Assembly (NCBI GenBank): GCA_959608625.1
Contig: CAUHQV010000004.1
Coordinates: 6,503-70,502, forward strand
Direction of reading: 5' to 3'
Source: an uncultured Flavobacteriales bacterium
Lineage (GTDB): Bacteria; Bacteroidota; Bacteroidia; Flavobacteriales; UBA1820
Length of the DNA stretch: 64,000 bases
Shown piece by piece: positions 34,488-44,026 of this stretch (the stretch's first letter is position 1; the number at the start of each line of letters is the position of its first letter). The position numbers were made by a program, and so were the translations under genes. The notes beneath the pieces are model-generated. The model was not told the DNA's origin and searched no databases. It saw only the letters and a program-made list of their open reading frames with translations.

Positions 34488-37223
34488 CTAAAGTTTGATC
34501 TGCATTTCGGCCCCGAAGAACGGCACGACCCACCGCCGAGTTTCGGTATTGAGGTTGGTGCGGTAGCGGGGGTTGTAGTCCCACAGGCGGTTGACGAAGA
34601 ACGAGGCCTTGAGGTTTTTCCCGATCTCTTTCGACGCCTTGAGATTTAGGCTGATCGATACCGGGCTTTTGTTCGGTTGGAAATACCCGTCCGAAAAGCT
34701 GAGTATGATGCTCGAGAATTGCGGGTCGGAAGCCATTTCCGGCAGGAACGGCCGCTCGATGCCGTCCATGCTGATGTACGAAGTGGGCAGTCCCGAGAAT
34801 TTCTTGGACCAGCTCCGCGAGAACCATACCATCTGTACCATCGCCGAGAAATAGAGTTTAAAGCGCGGGATATGGGTATTGAGCCAGATGTTGGTGTTAA
34901 ACTGTTCCCGGAAGGTGCTGTAATCCCAGTCGTAGATGCCCACGTACGGGTAGGGCTTGCCCATATAAAGGCCGCCCGGGTATTTCTGCATAGGCAGGCT
35001 GTTGTCGTACAGAGAGCGGTAATAGGCCCCGTTGATGGTCACTGAAGTGCGTATTACGGGTATTTCGGGAATGGTGACGCTGTATTCCAGGCCGTTCTTG
35101 ACCGTGCGCTCGCTGTTCATCGGAGTGGCATAGCTCAGCAACAGGGTTGCCTCTTCGGTGTTGAAATCACTGAGCGAGGGCTTTCCATCGACCGGCTCTT
35201 TGAGTGTCGTGTATTTGGTGTACGGGAACGAATAGTAGCGGGTCCGGTAGGCGAAACCGCTGGTGGACTCTTCGCGGAACGCGGTAAAGGAAAAAATGTA
35301 TTTGCCCAGGGTGAAGTCCATCCCGGCCTCGTACTTGTTGTTCTTGTTGGGTTTGAGGGCCGGGTTCGTCCGGTCTGTGACCGAAGTGTTCGTCCATAGC
35401 ACCCGGTTGGCTTCGGTCTGGGAATAGTAATTGAGTACGATCACGTCGTTATACGACTCCTGTGGATACAGGTAATCCAGCGTCGGCATCTTTACCTGCC
35501 GTCCGTAACCGCCCCGAAGGGCTATCGTAAGGGACATATTGCCCACGCTTACGGACGGAAAGGTCCAGGTGGCGTTCACACGGGGCTCCGGATATACCCG
35601 TCCCTGCAATTCGTATTCTCCGGGCAGGTTTCCCAGCATGGTCAGGCGGATACCGGCCGTAATGGCCAGGCGGCTGCCCCCGATAGGGGCCATGAATTTC
35701 TCTTCGGCGAAAAAGGCCGTACGCACCATAGCCGGCACATCGTTGTACGGGCGCGGACGGGATGCATAGGTAGAGGTAGGATAGGGTGGGAAGGCGGCGT
35801 CATACAGCATCCCGCGGCCCAGGTTTTTGTCTATGCCGGTCTCCAGGCCCACCATCAGGCGGTTGGTCGTCCTTTTGGCCGTAAAGATGTTCACCGCGTT
35901 TAGCTGGGCGAAGAAACTGAAAGGCTGGTCTTCGTTCTTGTAGTGGGACAAGTATTGGGCCGGCAGGTAGGCGCCTTCGTGCTCGCCGGGAGTGGTGGCT
36001 GTGGGGTAAGGTATTACCCCGTTGGGGGCTACGATCATATCGCGGCGCAGGATGCTGGAGGTATAATCGGCCGATACGACCAGCTCCATATGGTTTATCG
36101 CTTTGGTATTCACGTCCCACAGACCGTTGTAAGTGAGCATGAACCGGTTGAACGAAGCGCTGTACTTGTCTGTCTTAGGGGTCAGGTCCGGGTCGTTCTT
36201 CTGACTGTCCAGCGTCCCGATATAATAAAGGGTGAGGTTGTTGGCCAGACTTCCTCCCAGGAAGGCGGATTTTTTGGTGTAATTGGCTTGGAAAGAGATC
36301 CGGGTGTATTTTTCGAGGTTGTCGCGCACATCGGGCCGCCCTTGTGTCACGTCCAGTCCCAGGTACAGCGATCCGGATTTTTTGCCCAAGCTGAATCCTT
36401 TACCCACGTAGAGCAGTTTGTTTAGCGGGTCGGCTTTGATACGGATACTCAAGGGAGCTACACCGGATTTGGGTTTGAGGATAACTACCCCGGAGGACAG
36501 GTCGCCGTATTTGACCGAGGAAATACCCTGTACAACCTCCACCTGCTCCATGTGGTCGGTGGATATTTGCCGAAGGTCGACCCCTCCGCCCACTGTCGAA
36601 CGATCGCTGGCCTTATCGTCCGGCAAGCGGAACAGGGTGGCATTATTGGACATAGGGGCCCCGTTGGAAATGATGGCCGTTCCGAGGGCGGTATTGGCGT
36701 CGCTGCCGGCTTGCCGGGAGGCCATTTGTTCTTTCCCGCTTATATTGGAATCGGTGGATAAATACCCGGGAAGCAGTTGGAATATATCGCTCAGGCTGGA
36801 AGGTTGGATGTATTCCAGGGCGGCCTGGGTGATGGTAGACGAAGAAGTTCCGCTGGTGGGCTTACTTACCGCCATGACCGTCACTTCGGCCAGGTCGAGG
36901 GATTGCGGCTCCATCCGGATGTCGAGGCGGATATTTTCTTTGGCGTCCACTTCAAGGTTTACCGGGCTGTAGCCCAGGTAGCTGACCGTCATGTGGTAGG
37001 CACCGCGGGGAATATTGTGCAGCGCAAAGCGGCCTTTTTCGTCCGTGACGGTTACCAGCGACAGTTCGTCGATGCGTACCGTAGCGAAAACGATAGGCTC
37101 TCCGGTCTTTTTATCTGTAACGTGCCCTTCGACGGTTATTTTGTTCTGGGCGGACACTTCGCCTGGGAAGGCCGAAAACAAGAATACCGTAAGGAACGCA
37201 GTAAAAAATATTTTTCCGATCAT
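34488..37223 (-). CDS. TonB-dependent receptor with N-terminal carboxypeptidase-regulatory-like domain
   Basis: Signal peptide, CarboxypepD_reg motif (VEGHVTDKKTGEPIVFATV ... GAYHMTVSYLGY), plug domain (IEVVQGISSVKYGD) and a long barrel with a terminal aromatic (AEMQIKL). Length 911 aa. Confidence 0.9.
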   Translation of the reverse strand: MIGKIFFTAFLTVFLFSAFPGEVSAQNKITVEGHVTDKKTGEPIVFATVRIDELSLVTVTDEKGRFALHNIPRGAYHMTVSYLGYSPVNLEVDAKENIRLDIRMEPQSLDLAEVTVMAVSKPTSGTSSSTITQAALEYIQPSSLSDIFQLLPGYLSTDSNISGKEQMASRQAGSDANTALGTAIISNGAPMSNNATLFRLPDDKASDRSTVGGGVDLRQISTDHMEQVEVVQGISSVKYGDLSSGVVILKPKSGVAPLSIRIKADPLNKLLYVGKGFSLGKKSGSLYLGLDVTQGRPDVRDNLEKYTRISFQANYTKKSAFLGGSLANNLTLYYIGTLDSQKNDPDLTPKTDKYSASFNRFMLTYNGLWDVNTKAINHMELVVSADYTSSILRRDMIVAPNGVIPYPTATTPGEHEGAYLPAQYLSHYKNEDQPFSFFAQLNAVNIFTAKRTTNRLMVGLETGIDKNLGRGMLYDAAFPPYPTSTYASRPRPYNDVPAMVRTAFFAEEKFMAPIGGSRLAITAGIRLTMLGNLPGEYELQGRVYPEPRVNATWTFPSVSVGNMSLTIALRGGYGRQVKMPTLDYLYPQESYNDVIVLNYYSQTEANRVLWTNTSVTDRTNPALKPNKNNKYEAGMDFTLGKYIFSFTAFREESTSGFAYRTRYYSFPYTKYTTLKEPVDGKPSLSDFNTEEATLLLSYATPMNSERTVKNGLEYSVTIPEIPVIRTSVTINGAYYRSLYDNSLPMQKYPGGLYMGKPYPYVGIYDWDYSTFREQFNTNIWLNTHIPRFKLYFSAMVQMVWFSRSWSKKFSGLPTSYISMDGIERPFLPEMASDPQFSSIILSFSDGYFQPNKSPVSISLNLKASKEIGKNLKASFFVNRLWDYNPRYRTNLNTETRRWVVPFFGAEMQIKL

Positions 37224-37366
37224 CTTTGTCGCCGCGCGAAGGCTGTGGCTATTCTACGCGAGCGATTGCAAAGGTGCAAAGGGTAAAGAATCGTTACAAT
37301 CCCCCATTTTGGGTAAAACAGGGGGCGGATATCCTTATAATTTGTTAGAAAGGGGAATCCCGGAGG

Positions 37367-38458
37367 CTATTTTGATCGCTTCAGGCTGGATTTTAAAAAA
37401 GCCTCTATCGGGCGGGGTACAGCCAAATGCGGAATGTCTTGTGGAGAAACAGACATGTAATTGTCCAGGCCAGATCCCGAACTGTGGATCGCAATAGTAA
37501 GAAAGCGGATGTGCAGTACCTGGTGGGACAGTATATGCCGGATTTCAGGGGAAACAGAGAGGATTTCAGGCTTTCCGGTCCCACTGAATAATAATTGGAA
37601 CCCGGGCTGGCCTTGAAGATCATCCGGGCTGGTGGGGCCATCCGTTTCTATCAGGGGAAATTCATAAAGTCCCTGCCAGATATCCTTTCCGCTCCGCCGG
37701 TGCATCCAGGTGCGCCCTTCGCACAGGATGTGAAAATAATAAAAATACCGGCCCCGTACGGCTGTACGGCCTTTTTTTACCGGCAGTTCGCCAATGCGCC
37801 CGGCGGAGAGCCCGAGGCATTTGGCCTCCAAAGGGCATACGGAGCAGTCCGGTGTTCCCGGAGTGCATTGCAGGGCCCCGAAATCCATGATAGCCTGATT
37901 GTATTCCCCGGGATGCCGCTCGTCTAACTGCGCAGCGGCCAGTTCGGAAAAATACCGTTTACCTGCGGTACTGTCGATAGGTAGGTCTATGTTGAAAATA
38001 CGGGCGAGTACCCGGTATACATTTCCGTCCACCGCTGCCAGGGGCATTCCGTAAGCGGCGGAACAAATGGCGGCTGCCGTATAGTCGCCAATACCTTTGA
38101 GTGCGCGCACTTCCTGATAAGAAGCGGGAAAACGCCCTCCGTATTTTTCCTCGATCGTGCGGGCAGCTGCGAGGAGATTCCGGGCACGGCTGTAATACCC
38201 TAGTCCCTGCCAGTACTTCAATACTTCATCCTGAGAGGCGGCAGCTAAAGAAGAGACGGCGGGAAAGCGCTCGACAAAGCGTAGATAATAATCCATTCCC
38301 TGTGCCACACGCGTCTGCTGAAGGATGACCTCCGATATCCATATTTTATACGGATTGCGGGTTTCCCGCCAGGGGAGCGGCCTTTTATGGGTGGCATACC
38401 ACTTCAATAACTCTTTGCTGATCTCCGACATACTTTGTATATGCAAACTGTTTTGCAA
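37367..38458 (-). CDS. mutY: A/G-specific adenine DNA glycosylase
   Basis: LPWR, HhH-GPD region (VSEVILQQTRV, GIGDYTAAAI), Fe-S loop CTPGTPDCSVCPLEAKC and a C-terminal NUDIX-like domain. An alternative start exists at 38431. Confidence 0.9.
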   Translation of the reverse strand: MQNSLHIQSMSEISKELLKWYATHKRPLPWRETRNPYKIWISEVILQQTRVAQGMDYYLRFVERFPAVSSLAAASQDEVLKYWQGLGYYSRARNLLAAARTIEEKYGGRFPASYQEVRALKGIGDYTAAAICSAAYGMPLAAVDGNVYRVLARIFNIDLPIDSTAGKRYFSELAAAQLDERHPGEYNQAIMDFGALQCTPGTPDCSVCPLEAKCLGLSAGRIGELPVKKGRTAVRGRYFYYFHILCEGRTWMHRRSGKDIWQGLYEFPLIETDGPTSPDDLQGQPGFQLLFSGTGKPEILSVSPEIRHILSHQVLHIRFLTIAIHSSGSGLDNYMSVSPQDIPHLAVPRPIEAFLKSSLKRSK

Positions 38459-38520
38459 AAATGGGAAAACAACCCCGTCCCGGCAAATGGTTTATTCCGG
38501 TTAACAGATACCCGGTACGA

Positions 38521-38547
38521 AAAAACCCTCCTGAAATGGGAGGGTTT
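38521..38547 (-). terminator. intrinsic terminator after the tRNA-Tyr/tRNA-Gly pair
   Basis: aaaccctcc tgaaat gggagggttt hairpin immediately 3' of tRNA-Gly on the minus strand. Confidence 0.6.
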
Positions 38548-38567
38548 ATATGCAAAGCAATTTGTCT

Positions 38568-38643
38568 TGGAGCGGAAGACGAGGTTCGAACTCGCGACAT
38601 TCAGCTTGGAAGGCTGACGCTCTACCAACTGAGCTACTTCCGC
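38568..38643 (-). tRNA. tRNA-Gly (anticodon UCC), CCA encoded
   Basis: Hand fold: GCGGAAG TA GCTC AGTTGGTA GAGC G TCAGC CTTCCAA GCTGA ATGTC GCGAG TTCGAAC CTCGT CTTCCGC T CCA. Confidence 0.93.
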
Positions 38644-38657
38644 AATCTAGAAAAATG

Positions 38658-38740
38658 TGGGCGAAGATGGATTCGAACCACCGTAGTCGTAAGACAGCAG
38701 ATTTACAGTCTGCCCCATTTGGCCACTCTGGTATTCGCCC
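38658..38740 (-). tRNA. tRNA-Tyr (anticodon GUA), class II long variable arm
   Basis: GGGCGAA acceptor stem, anticodon loop CTGTAAA, long variable arm, T-arm GGTGG TTCGAAT CCATC and 3' TTCGCCC A. Confidence 0.9.
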
Positions 38741-38766
38741 GTATGCAAAGAACTTCGTTGCGGTTG

Positions 38767-38774
38767 CAAATATA
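38767..38774 (-). promoter_or_regulatory. Bacteroidota -7 promoter element (TATATTTG) for the tRNA-Tyr/Gly operon
   Basis: Exact TAnnTTTG match about 27 nt upstream of the tRNA-Tyr 5' end. Confidence 0.5.
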
Positions 38775-38972
38775 CGTATATTTTTTAATCTGCAAGCCCC
38801 TGTGTGCTATTTTTTCGCAAAAAATCGCTAAAGGATTCAGGAAAAGCTGGGTACACAATCCTGTTTGAGAGCTTGCAGGAGGGATAAAATGATTTGCAGC
38901 AAAGGGGAGGGCGGAGCCGGGTAAACGGATTTTACCGTATATTTACCGGTATAAAATAATTCTGCCGAAAAA

Positions 38973-39311
38973 ATGAAGCGTTGCAAGATAACGATCCTCA
39001 AAAGAACCCTCCAGGAAGATTTGGCCAGAGAATATGCCGGGCCTGGATTTACGAAATGCCCAATGATGAAGGAAGGGCAGGTATTCTATGCCGACTATGC
39101 CAAACCCGACGGATTTTGCGATGAGGCGTGGAAAGCGGTGTACCAATACGTTTTCGCTTTGTCGCATGGCTCCGGTACGTTCTATTACGGGGATTGGATC
39201 ACCAAGGAAGGCGTGGCTATCTGTTCGTGCAACGACGGCCTGCGCCCGGTGATCATCAAGATCGAGCGGACGGACGAAGAGTCGTCCATCGATTACCAGC
39301 CGGTGGAATAA
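38973..39311 (+). CDS. TIGR04076-family small Cys-containing protein
   Basis: 112 aa. MKRCKITILKRT ... FTKCPMMKEGQVF ... PDGFCDEAW ... CSCNDG matches my recollection of the TIGR04076 family. Confidence 0.6.
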   Translation: MKRCKITILKRTLQEDLAREYAGPGFTKCPMMKEGQVFYADYAKPDGFCDEAWKAVYQYVFALSHGSGTFYYGDWITKEGVAICSCNDGLRPVIIKIERTDEESSIDYQPVE

Positions 39312-39481
39312 TGCCGATCGGGAATACGAAATTTTAAGAAGGTTCTCCGGATGCAATCGGGCGCCTAAACACTTCTAAATACCAGTATTTTATACCTTGA
39401 ATATTTTCCTGCTGAAGGATTTTACGGGAGCCGGTTCCGGATTTTTTTGAGCTTCCTTGCCGGATTTTCTTTTGAAAACGA

Positions 39482-39489
39482 TATATTTG
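39482..39489 (+). promoter_or_regulatory. Bacteroidota -7 promoter element (TATATTTG) for pepD
   Basis: Exact TAnnTTTG match about 113 nt upstream of the 39602 ATG. Confidence 0.4.
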
Positions 39490-39601
39490 TAAAATATAGG
39501 ATGCGCCTCAACCAATCTTAAACAAGTTTGAATGGTGCTGGGCTCCCGCTATATTTTATGCAAATAAAAGAAGAAATTACTAACCAAAAATAGGTAAAAA
39601 C

Positions 39602-41056
39602 ATGAGCAAAGATGTTCGTTCCCTCGAGCCAAAGGCTATCTGGAACTATTTCGAAGACCTCAATGCGGTGCCCCGCGGCTCCAAGAAAGAGGCCAAAGCC
39701 GTCGCATTCTTTAAAGAGTTCGGTAAAAAATATAAAATAGACACCACCATCGATGAAATGGGTAACGTGGTATTCCGCAAGCCGGCGACCAAGGGCAAAG
39801 AAAAGTCCCCCATCATCGTGCTCCAGGGACATATGGACATGGTGCACCAGAAGAACTCGGATACGGTTTTCGACTTCGACAAGCAAGGTATCCAGAGCGT
39901 GGTGGACGGCGACTGGGTTCGCGCCAAAGGAACGACCCTGGGAGCCGACAACGGGATCGGCGTAGCCGCCGCGATGGCGATACTCACGGCTACCGACGTG
40001 GCCCATCCGGCCCTGGAGGTGCTCATCACCGTGGACGAAGAGACCGGTATGACGGGCGCTCACAAGATGGACCCGAAAATGCTCAAAGGCCGTATCATGT
40101 TCAACCTTGATACGGAGGACGAAAACGAACTGTGCATCGGCTGCGCCGGCGGTATCGATACCCTGGGTACCCTGAAATACAAGGAAGAGAAGACCCCGGC
40201 CGGTATGCAGGGCTTCAAAGTGACCGTAAAAGGACTGAAAGGCGGCCATTCCGGGATGGATATCATTCTGGGCCGTGCCAACGCCAATAAAGTGCTGAAC
40301 CGCATGCTGTGGGGCACCGGGGCTAAATATGGCCTGCGCCTGTCGGTGTTCGACGGCGGTTCGCTGCGTAATGCTATCCCGCGGGAGGCTTTCGCGGAAT
40401 TCGCCCTGCCCAAAGGAAAGGCAGCCGCTTATAAGAAACATTTCAAGGCGCTGTCGGACGATATAAAGAAAGAATACAAGACGGTGGACGAGGGGATGGA
40501 GATCCTGCTCGAACCGATCGATGCTCCGAAGAAAGTGATGCCCGAAAAAGAACAGAAGGCGGTCGTAGATGCCCTGGCAGCGATGCCGAACGGCGTATTC
40601 TGCATGAGTCCCGACGTGGAAGGCCTGGTGCAGACCTCGTCGAACATGGCCCGGGTGGAAGTGCGCGGAGGCAAATTCGCCGTGTCGTTCCTCACGCGCT
40701 CGTCGGTGGATAGTTCCAAGATGGAAATGGCCAACGGAATTCGCTCGACGCTGGAGCTGGCCGGCTGCAAAGTAGAGCAGAACGGCGGCTATTCCGGTTG
40801 GGCGCCCAACCCGCATTCGCCGGTGCTGCTCAAGATGGTGGACCTTTATAAGAAGATGTTCAAGAAAGAACCCCATGTGGCGGCCTGCCATGCCGGTCTC
40901 GAGTGCGGAATCATCGGAGGCAAGTACCCTGAAGGAATGGATATGGTATCTTTCGGCCCGACCATCATGCACCCCCATTCGCCGGATGAAAAGGTAAAGA
41001 TCGATACGGTAGGACATTTCTACGACTTCCTCAAGGAAGTGCTCAAGAGCATGTAA
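39602..41056 (+). CDS. pepD: aminoacyl-histidine (Xaa-His) dipeptidase, M20 family
   Basis: LQGHMDMV, GADNGIGVAA, VDEETGMTGA and HAGLECG motifs; 484 aa. Confidence 0.9.
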   Translation: MSKDVRSLEPKAIWNYFEDLNAVPRGSKKEAKAVAFFKEFGKKYKIDTTIDEMGNVVFRKPATKGKEKSPIIVLQGHMDMVHQKNSDTVFDFDKQGIQSVVDGDWVRAKGTTLGADNGIGVAAAMAILTATDVAHPALEVLITVDEETGMTGAHKMDPKMLKGRIMFNLDTEDENELCIGCAGGIDTLGTLKYKEEKTPAGMQGFKVTVKGLKGGHSGMDIILGRANANKVLNRMLWGTGAKYGLRLSVFDGGSLRNAIPREAFAEFALPKGKAAAYKKHFKALSDDIKKEYKTVDEGMEILLEPIDAPKKVMPEKEQKAVVDALAAMPNGVFCMSPDVEGLVQTSSNMARVEVRGGKFAVSFLTRSSVDSSKMEMANGIRSTLELAGCKVEQNGGYSGWAPNPHSPVLLKMVDLYKKMFKKEPHVAACHAGLECGIIGGKYPEGMDMVSFGPTIMHPHSPDEKVKIDTVGHFYDFLKEVLKSM

Positions 41057-41078
41057 TCGGCCGTATACGGTAAAACGG

Positions 41079-41110
41079 CAGGCGGCTCCCATCGGGAGCC
41101 GCCTGTTTTA
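41079..41110. terminator. bidirectional intrinsic terminator between pepD and pldA
   Basis: caggcggctccc atc gggagccgcctg followed by a T-run. Confidence 0.65.
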
Positions 41111-41137
41111 TTTGTAGATATTGCTTTTGCAGAAGTA

Positions 41138-41989
41138 CTAATAAATACTGAACCACTTGTCGGGTTTTATCACGATGCCCAGGCGGATATAGCCGCTGAA
41201 CACATTGTAATCGAGCAGGCTCTCCCCGTATCCGTTATAGTACTGGATACAGATGTATTGATTGCTCTTGCGGGTGAGGCGGAAGGCCGCTTCGGCCATG
41301 AAGTTGGCGTTCAGATCCCAGCCGCCGCGTTTGATGTACTGCCCGGTAAAGGAAAAGCGCCGGTTGGGAGTCTGGTAGTTCGCCACCAGGTGCCAGTATC
41401 CGGCGTACCGGGCGATGTCCTTGTTTTCATCGGCTTTCCAGAACGGGAGCCATACCTTGAACTGGAGGTTCATGTTGCGGTTGAGCGCGTAAATGGCCGT
41501 AAAGCTGATCTTGTTCCAGCTCCGGTTCCAGATACTGTCGCGGCCGTTCGATTCGTGTTCTATCTGAAAAAATCCCACGCCTACTACGTGGTCGCCGATC
41601 ACGATATTGTTGCCGATACCGATAGACGGGTTGTATACGTTCTCTTCGAAAGGGGCCGATTTTTTGTAGATATCCCAGAAAGAACGCTGCGAGTAGGTGA
41701 TGAACAGGTACATATCGTGCGGCATGATCCCTTTGATCAGCCGGTGCATGATACTCACCTGGAATTTGGCGTCGCTGTTGTTCTGGTTTATGCCTCCGCC
41801 TTTGAAGTTCGTTCCGGTGACGAAATAGTTGTCGCGGAATATCCCGAACGAGGGGATGGTCTCCAGTTCCCGGCGGATGCTGTCCCGGTGCGGGAATTGG
41901 GACAGGTCTATTTTTTCCGCCAGTTTGCTCTGTCCCCACGTAGAAGCGGACAGGAGGGAAAAAAGGAGGAGTAACCCGAAATTTCTCAT
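41138..41989 (-). CDS. pldA: outer-membrane phospholipase A1
   Basis: Signal peptide plus the catalytic HESNG motif (QIEHESNGRD); barrel-sized at 283 aa. Confidence 0.85.
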   Translation of the reverse strand: MRNFGLLLLFSLLSASTWGQSKLAEKIDLSQFPHRDSIRRELETIPSFGIFRDNYFVTGTNFKGGGINQNNSDAKFQVSIMHRLIKGIMPHDMYLFITYSQRSFWDIYKKSAPFEENVYNPSIGIGNNIVIGDHVVGVGFFQIEHESNGRDSIWNRSWNKISFTAIYALNRNMNLQFKVWLPFWKADENKDIARYAGYWHLVANYQTPNRRFSFTGQYIKRGGWDLNANFMAEAAFRLTRKSNQYICIQYYNGYGESLLDYNVFSGYIRLGIVIKPDKWFSIY

Positions 41990-42172
41990 TTGTTTTTGTT
42001 AGGTCTGTGTTGAGAGGCAAAGATAACAAAAAAACAAGAGTAGGGTATTCGTCCGCCCGTCCTCTAGTGCCCTCTTTTTGTCCCTTTTTTCGGGCGGTTT
42101 CCGGGGGCGCCGCCTCTATAAAACAAAAAAAGCGGACAGTGGATAGTCTGCCCGCTTTTTTAAGCAAGCTGT

Positions 42173-42376
42173 TTATTGTGTGGGAGTTCCTTTTTTTCCC
42201 CACCAGGCGCCTATCGATATGGCGGCGCCCACGACGATGAATACGGTGGACATGCCTTCGAAAAATCCGACCATGAAACTGTCTATGCTTGTGAAATGTT
42301 TCAGGATGAGGATCGTGGCGAGCATGGAAAGCCCCAATGGGAGCAGGAACACGTACAGACGCAGTATTGTTCTCAT
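42173..42376 (-). CDS. small two-TM membrane protein (hypothetical)
   Basis: 67-aa ORF with two hydrophobic helices, 20 nt downstream of the S4-domain gene on the same strand. Confidence 0.4.
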   Translation of the reverse strand: MRTILRLYVFLLPLGLSMLATILILKHFTSIDSFMVGFFEGMSTVFIVVGAAISIGAWWGKKGTPTQ

Positions 42377-42396
42377 GGTAAAAGAAGTTTTATGCT

Positions 42397-42615
42397 TTAT
42401 TCCGTTATTTTGACCCGGTGGCCGTTGAATACAACTTCGTCGCCCACGCGGAGTTTGGCCCGTTTGCGGGTTTCCGCTTTCCCGTCCCTGCGCACCAATC
42501 CCCGGGTGATGAGCTCATGGGCCTGTCCGCCGCTTTCCACCAGCCGCAGGAGTTTGAGGAGTTTGTCCAGCTCCACGTATTCCGCCCCGGCGAGGGAGAA
42601 TTCCTTTTCTTCCAC
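42397..42615 (-). CDS. RNA-binding S4 domain protein (YbcJ-like)
   Basis: 72 aa. LDKLLKLLRLVESGGQAHELI...VRRDGKAETRKRAKLRVGDEVVF follows the S4 pattern. Confidence 0.75.
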   Translation of the reverse strand: MEEKEFSLAGAEYVELDKLLKLLRLVESGGQAHELITRGLVRRDGKAETRKRAKLRVGDEVVFNGHRVKITE

Positions 42616-42619
42616 CTCT

Positions 42620-43186
42620 TTAGCGGCGTTTTACGCCTTTGAGCTGTTGCTGCTGGTAGAATCCGGGCTGCCCCTGGGCGCGCTTGAGTCCCTGTTTGAT
42701 CATTCCAATCTGCTCGTCGAGTAAGTTGCCTTTGTCCAGGCGTTTGGCTTCGGCAACCAATATCTCGGCCTCGCGTTTACGCCCCTTTTGCAAGGCGATG
42801 GCGGACAATTGCAATTTGGCCATAGCCTTTTCCTGGCGGGAAAGTCCTATTTCGAGCGCTTTTTTGAACAGTTTTTCACTCTCCGTCATATTGCGCTGCG
42901 AACGGATGGCACCCAACAGGAAATAGTAGGAAGCCCTTTCCCGGCGCACCAGCGCATGATCGGGGTCTTTGATATGCATCAGGCGTTTTTCCGCCTTTTC
43001 CACATTGTTTTTGCGCATGGCCAGCAGGGCCATAATCATCCACTCGTTCTTGAAATAAGTGAACAGCACAATGAGTGCCAGGATGATAAGGAATATGCCG
43101 TTGCCGATATTGGCCTCCCAGAACTGCCAGACGGAGCATCCGGTGAGCGCTGCGATGAGCAGTATGCGTACGATTCTCGAAACCAT
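42620..43186 (-). CDS. membrane-anchored hypothetical protein with TPR-like helical C-terminal region
   Basis: Two N-terminal TM helices followed by helical repeat-like sequence. It is tightly packed with its neighbours. Confidence 0.5.
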   Translation of the reverse strand: MVSRIVRILLIAALTGCSVWQFWEANIGNGIFLIILALIVLFTYFKNEWMIMALLAMRKNNVEKAEKRLMHIKDPDHALVRRERASYYFLLGAIRSQRNMTESEKLFKKALEIGLSRQEKAMAKLQLSAIALQKGRKREAEILVAEAKRLDKGNLLDEQIGMIKQGLKRAQGQPGFYQQQQLKGVKRR

Positions 43187-43207
43187 AGGATTATTTCGGG
43201 GTTTTGG

Positions 43208-44020
43208 TTAAAAAGTCTTGATGAGCTCCTTGACGATCTTCATCACCTTCGGGGTAGCCGTTTTTCCGACAGCCTGCACCTCCTCGTGCGATACGTTGGC
43301 CATTTTGCCAGGCAGGCCCAGATCGGTAATAACCGATACGCCGAACACTTCGATGCCCATGTGGCGAGCTACGATTACTTCGGGTACTGTGCTCATGCCC
43401 ACGGCATCACCGCCCAGGCGGGATACCATCAGGTATTCGGCCTGCGTTTCGAAAGTGGGACCTTGAAGGGCCAGGTAAACGCCTTCGCAAACCTCGATGC
43501 CGTTGTCTGCGGCGATCTTTTTGGCGGCGGCGACCATTTTCGGATTGTAAGCATCTTTCATATCCACGAAACGGGGGCCCAGTTCGGCCATGTTCTTTCC
43601 GCGCAGCGGGTGTTCGGGGATCATGTTGATATGGTCGGTGATGATCATGATATCGCCGATCTTATGGGCCGGGTTGACGCCGCCGGAAGCGTTGGATACC
43701 ACCAGGCGGTCGATGCCCATTAATTTCATCACGCGGACAGGGTAGGTGACCTTGTCCATCGAATAGCCTTCGTAGAAATGGAAACGGCCGTTCAGGGCCA
43801 TGATGTATTTCCCGCCCAGGTAGCCGAAGACCATTTCCCCAGAATGTCCTTCGACGGTCGATACGGGGAAATTGGGGATCTCATTGTACGGGATGCGCTT
43901 TCGCACGTCTATTTCGCTGACCAGGTCGCCCAGTCCCGTTCCCAGGATGACGCCCCATTCGATCGGTTTTTCGGCGTAACGGCCGAGGAATTCCGCGGTT
44001 TCTTTGATTTTCTCGAGCAT
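43208..44020 (-). CDS. purine nucleoside phosphorylase (PNP family I, trimeric type)
   Basis: ILGTGLG, GRFHFYEGY, VSNASGG and GMSTVPEV motifs. Confidence 0.9.
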   Translation of the reverse strand: MLEKIKETAEFLGRYAEKPIEWGVILGTGLGDLVSEIDVRKRIPYNEIPNFPVSTVEGHSGEMVFGYLGGKYIMALNGRFHFYEGYSMDKVTYPVRVMKLMGIDRLVVSNASGGVNPAHKIGDIMIITDHINMIPEHPLRGKNMAELGPRFVDMKDAYNPKMVAAAKKIAADNGIEVCEGVYLALQGPTFETQAEYLMVSRLGGDAVGMSTVPEVIVARHMGIEVFGVSVITDLGLPGKMANVSHEEVQAVGKTATPKVMKIVKELIKTF

Positions 44021-44026
44021 AGTATT

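Noticed and set aside
37224-37366. A possible cobalamin or other riboswitch in the leader of the TonB-dependent receptor operon.
   Set aside because: The leader is short and shows no B12-box-like sequence or extended conserved-looking structure by eye.
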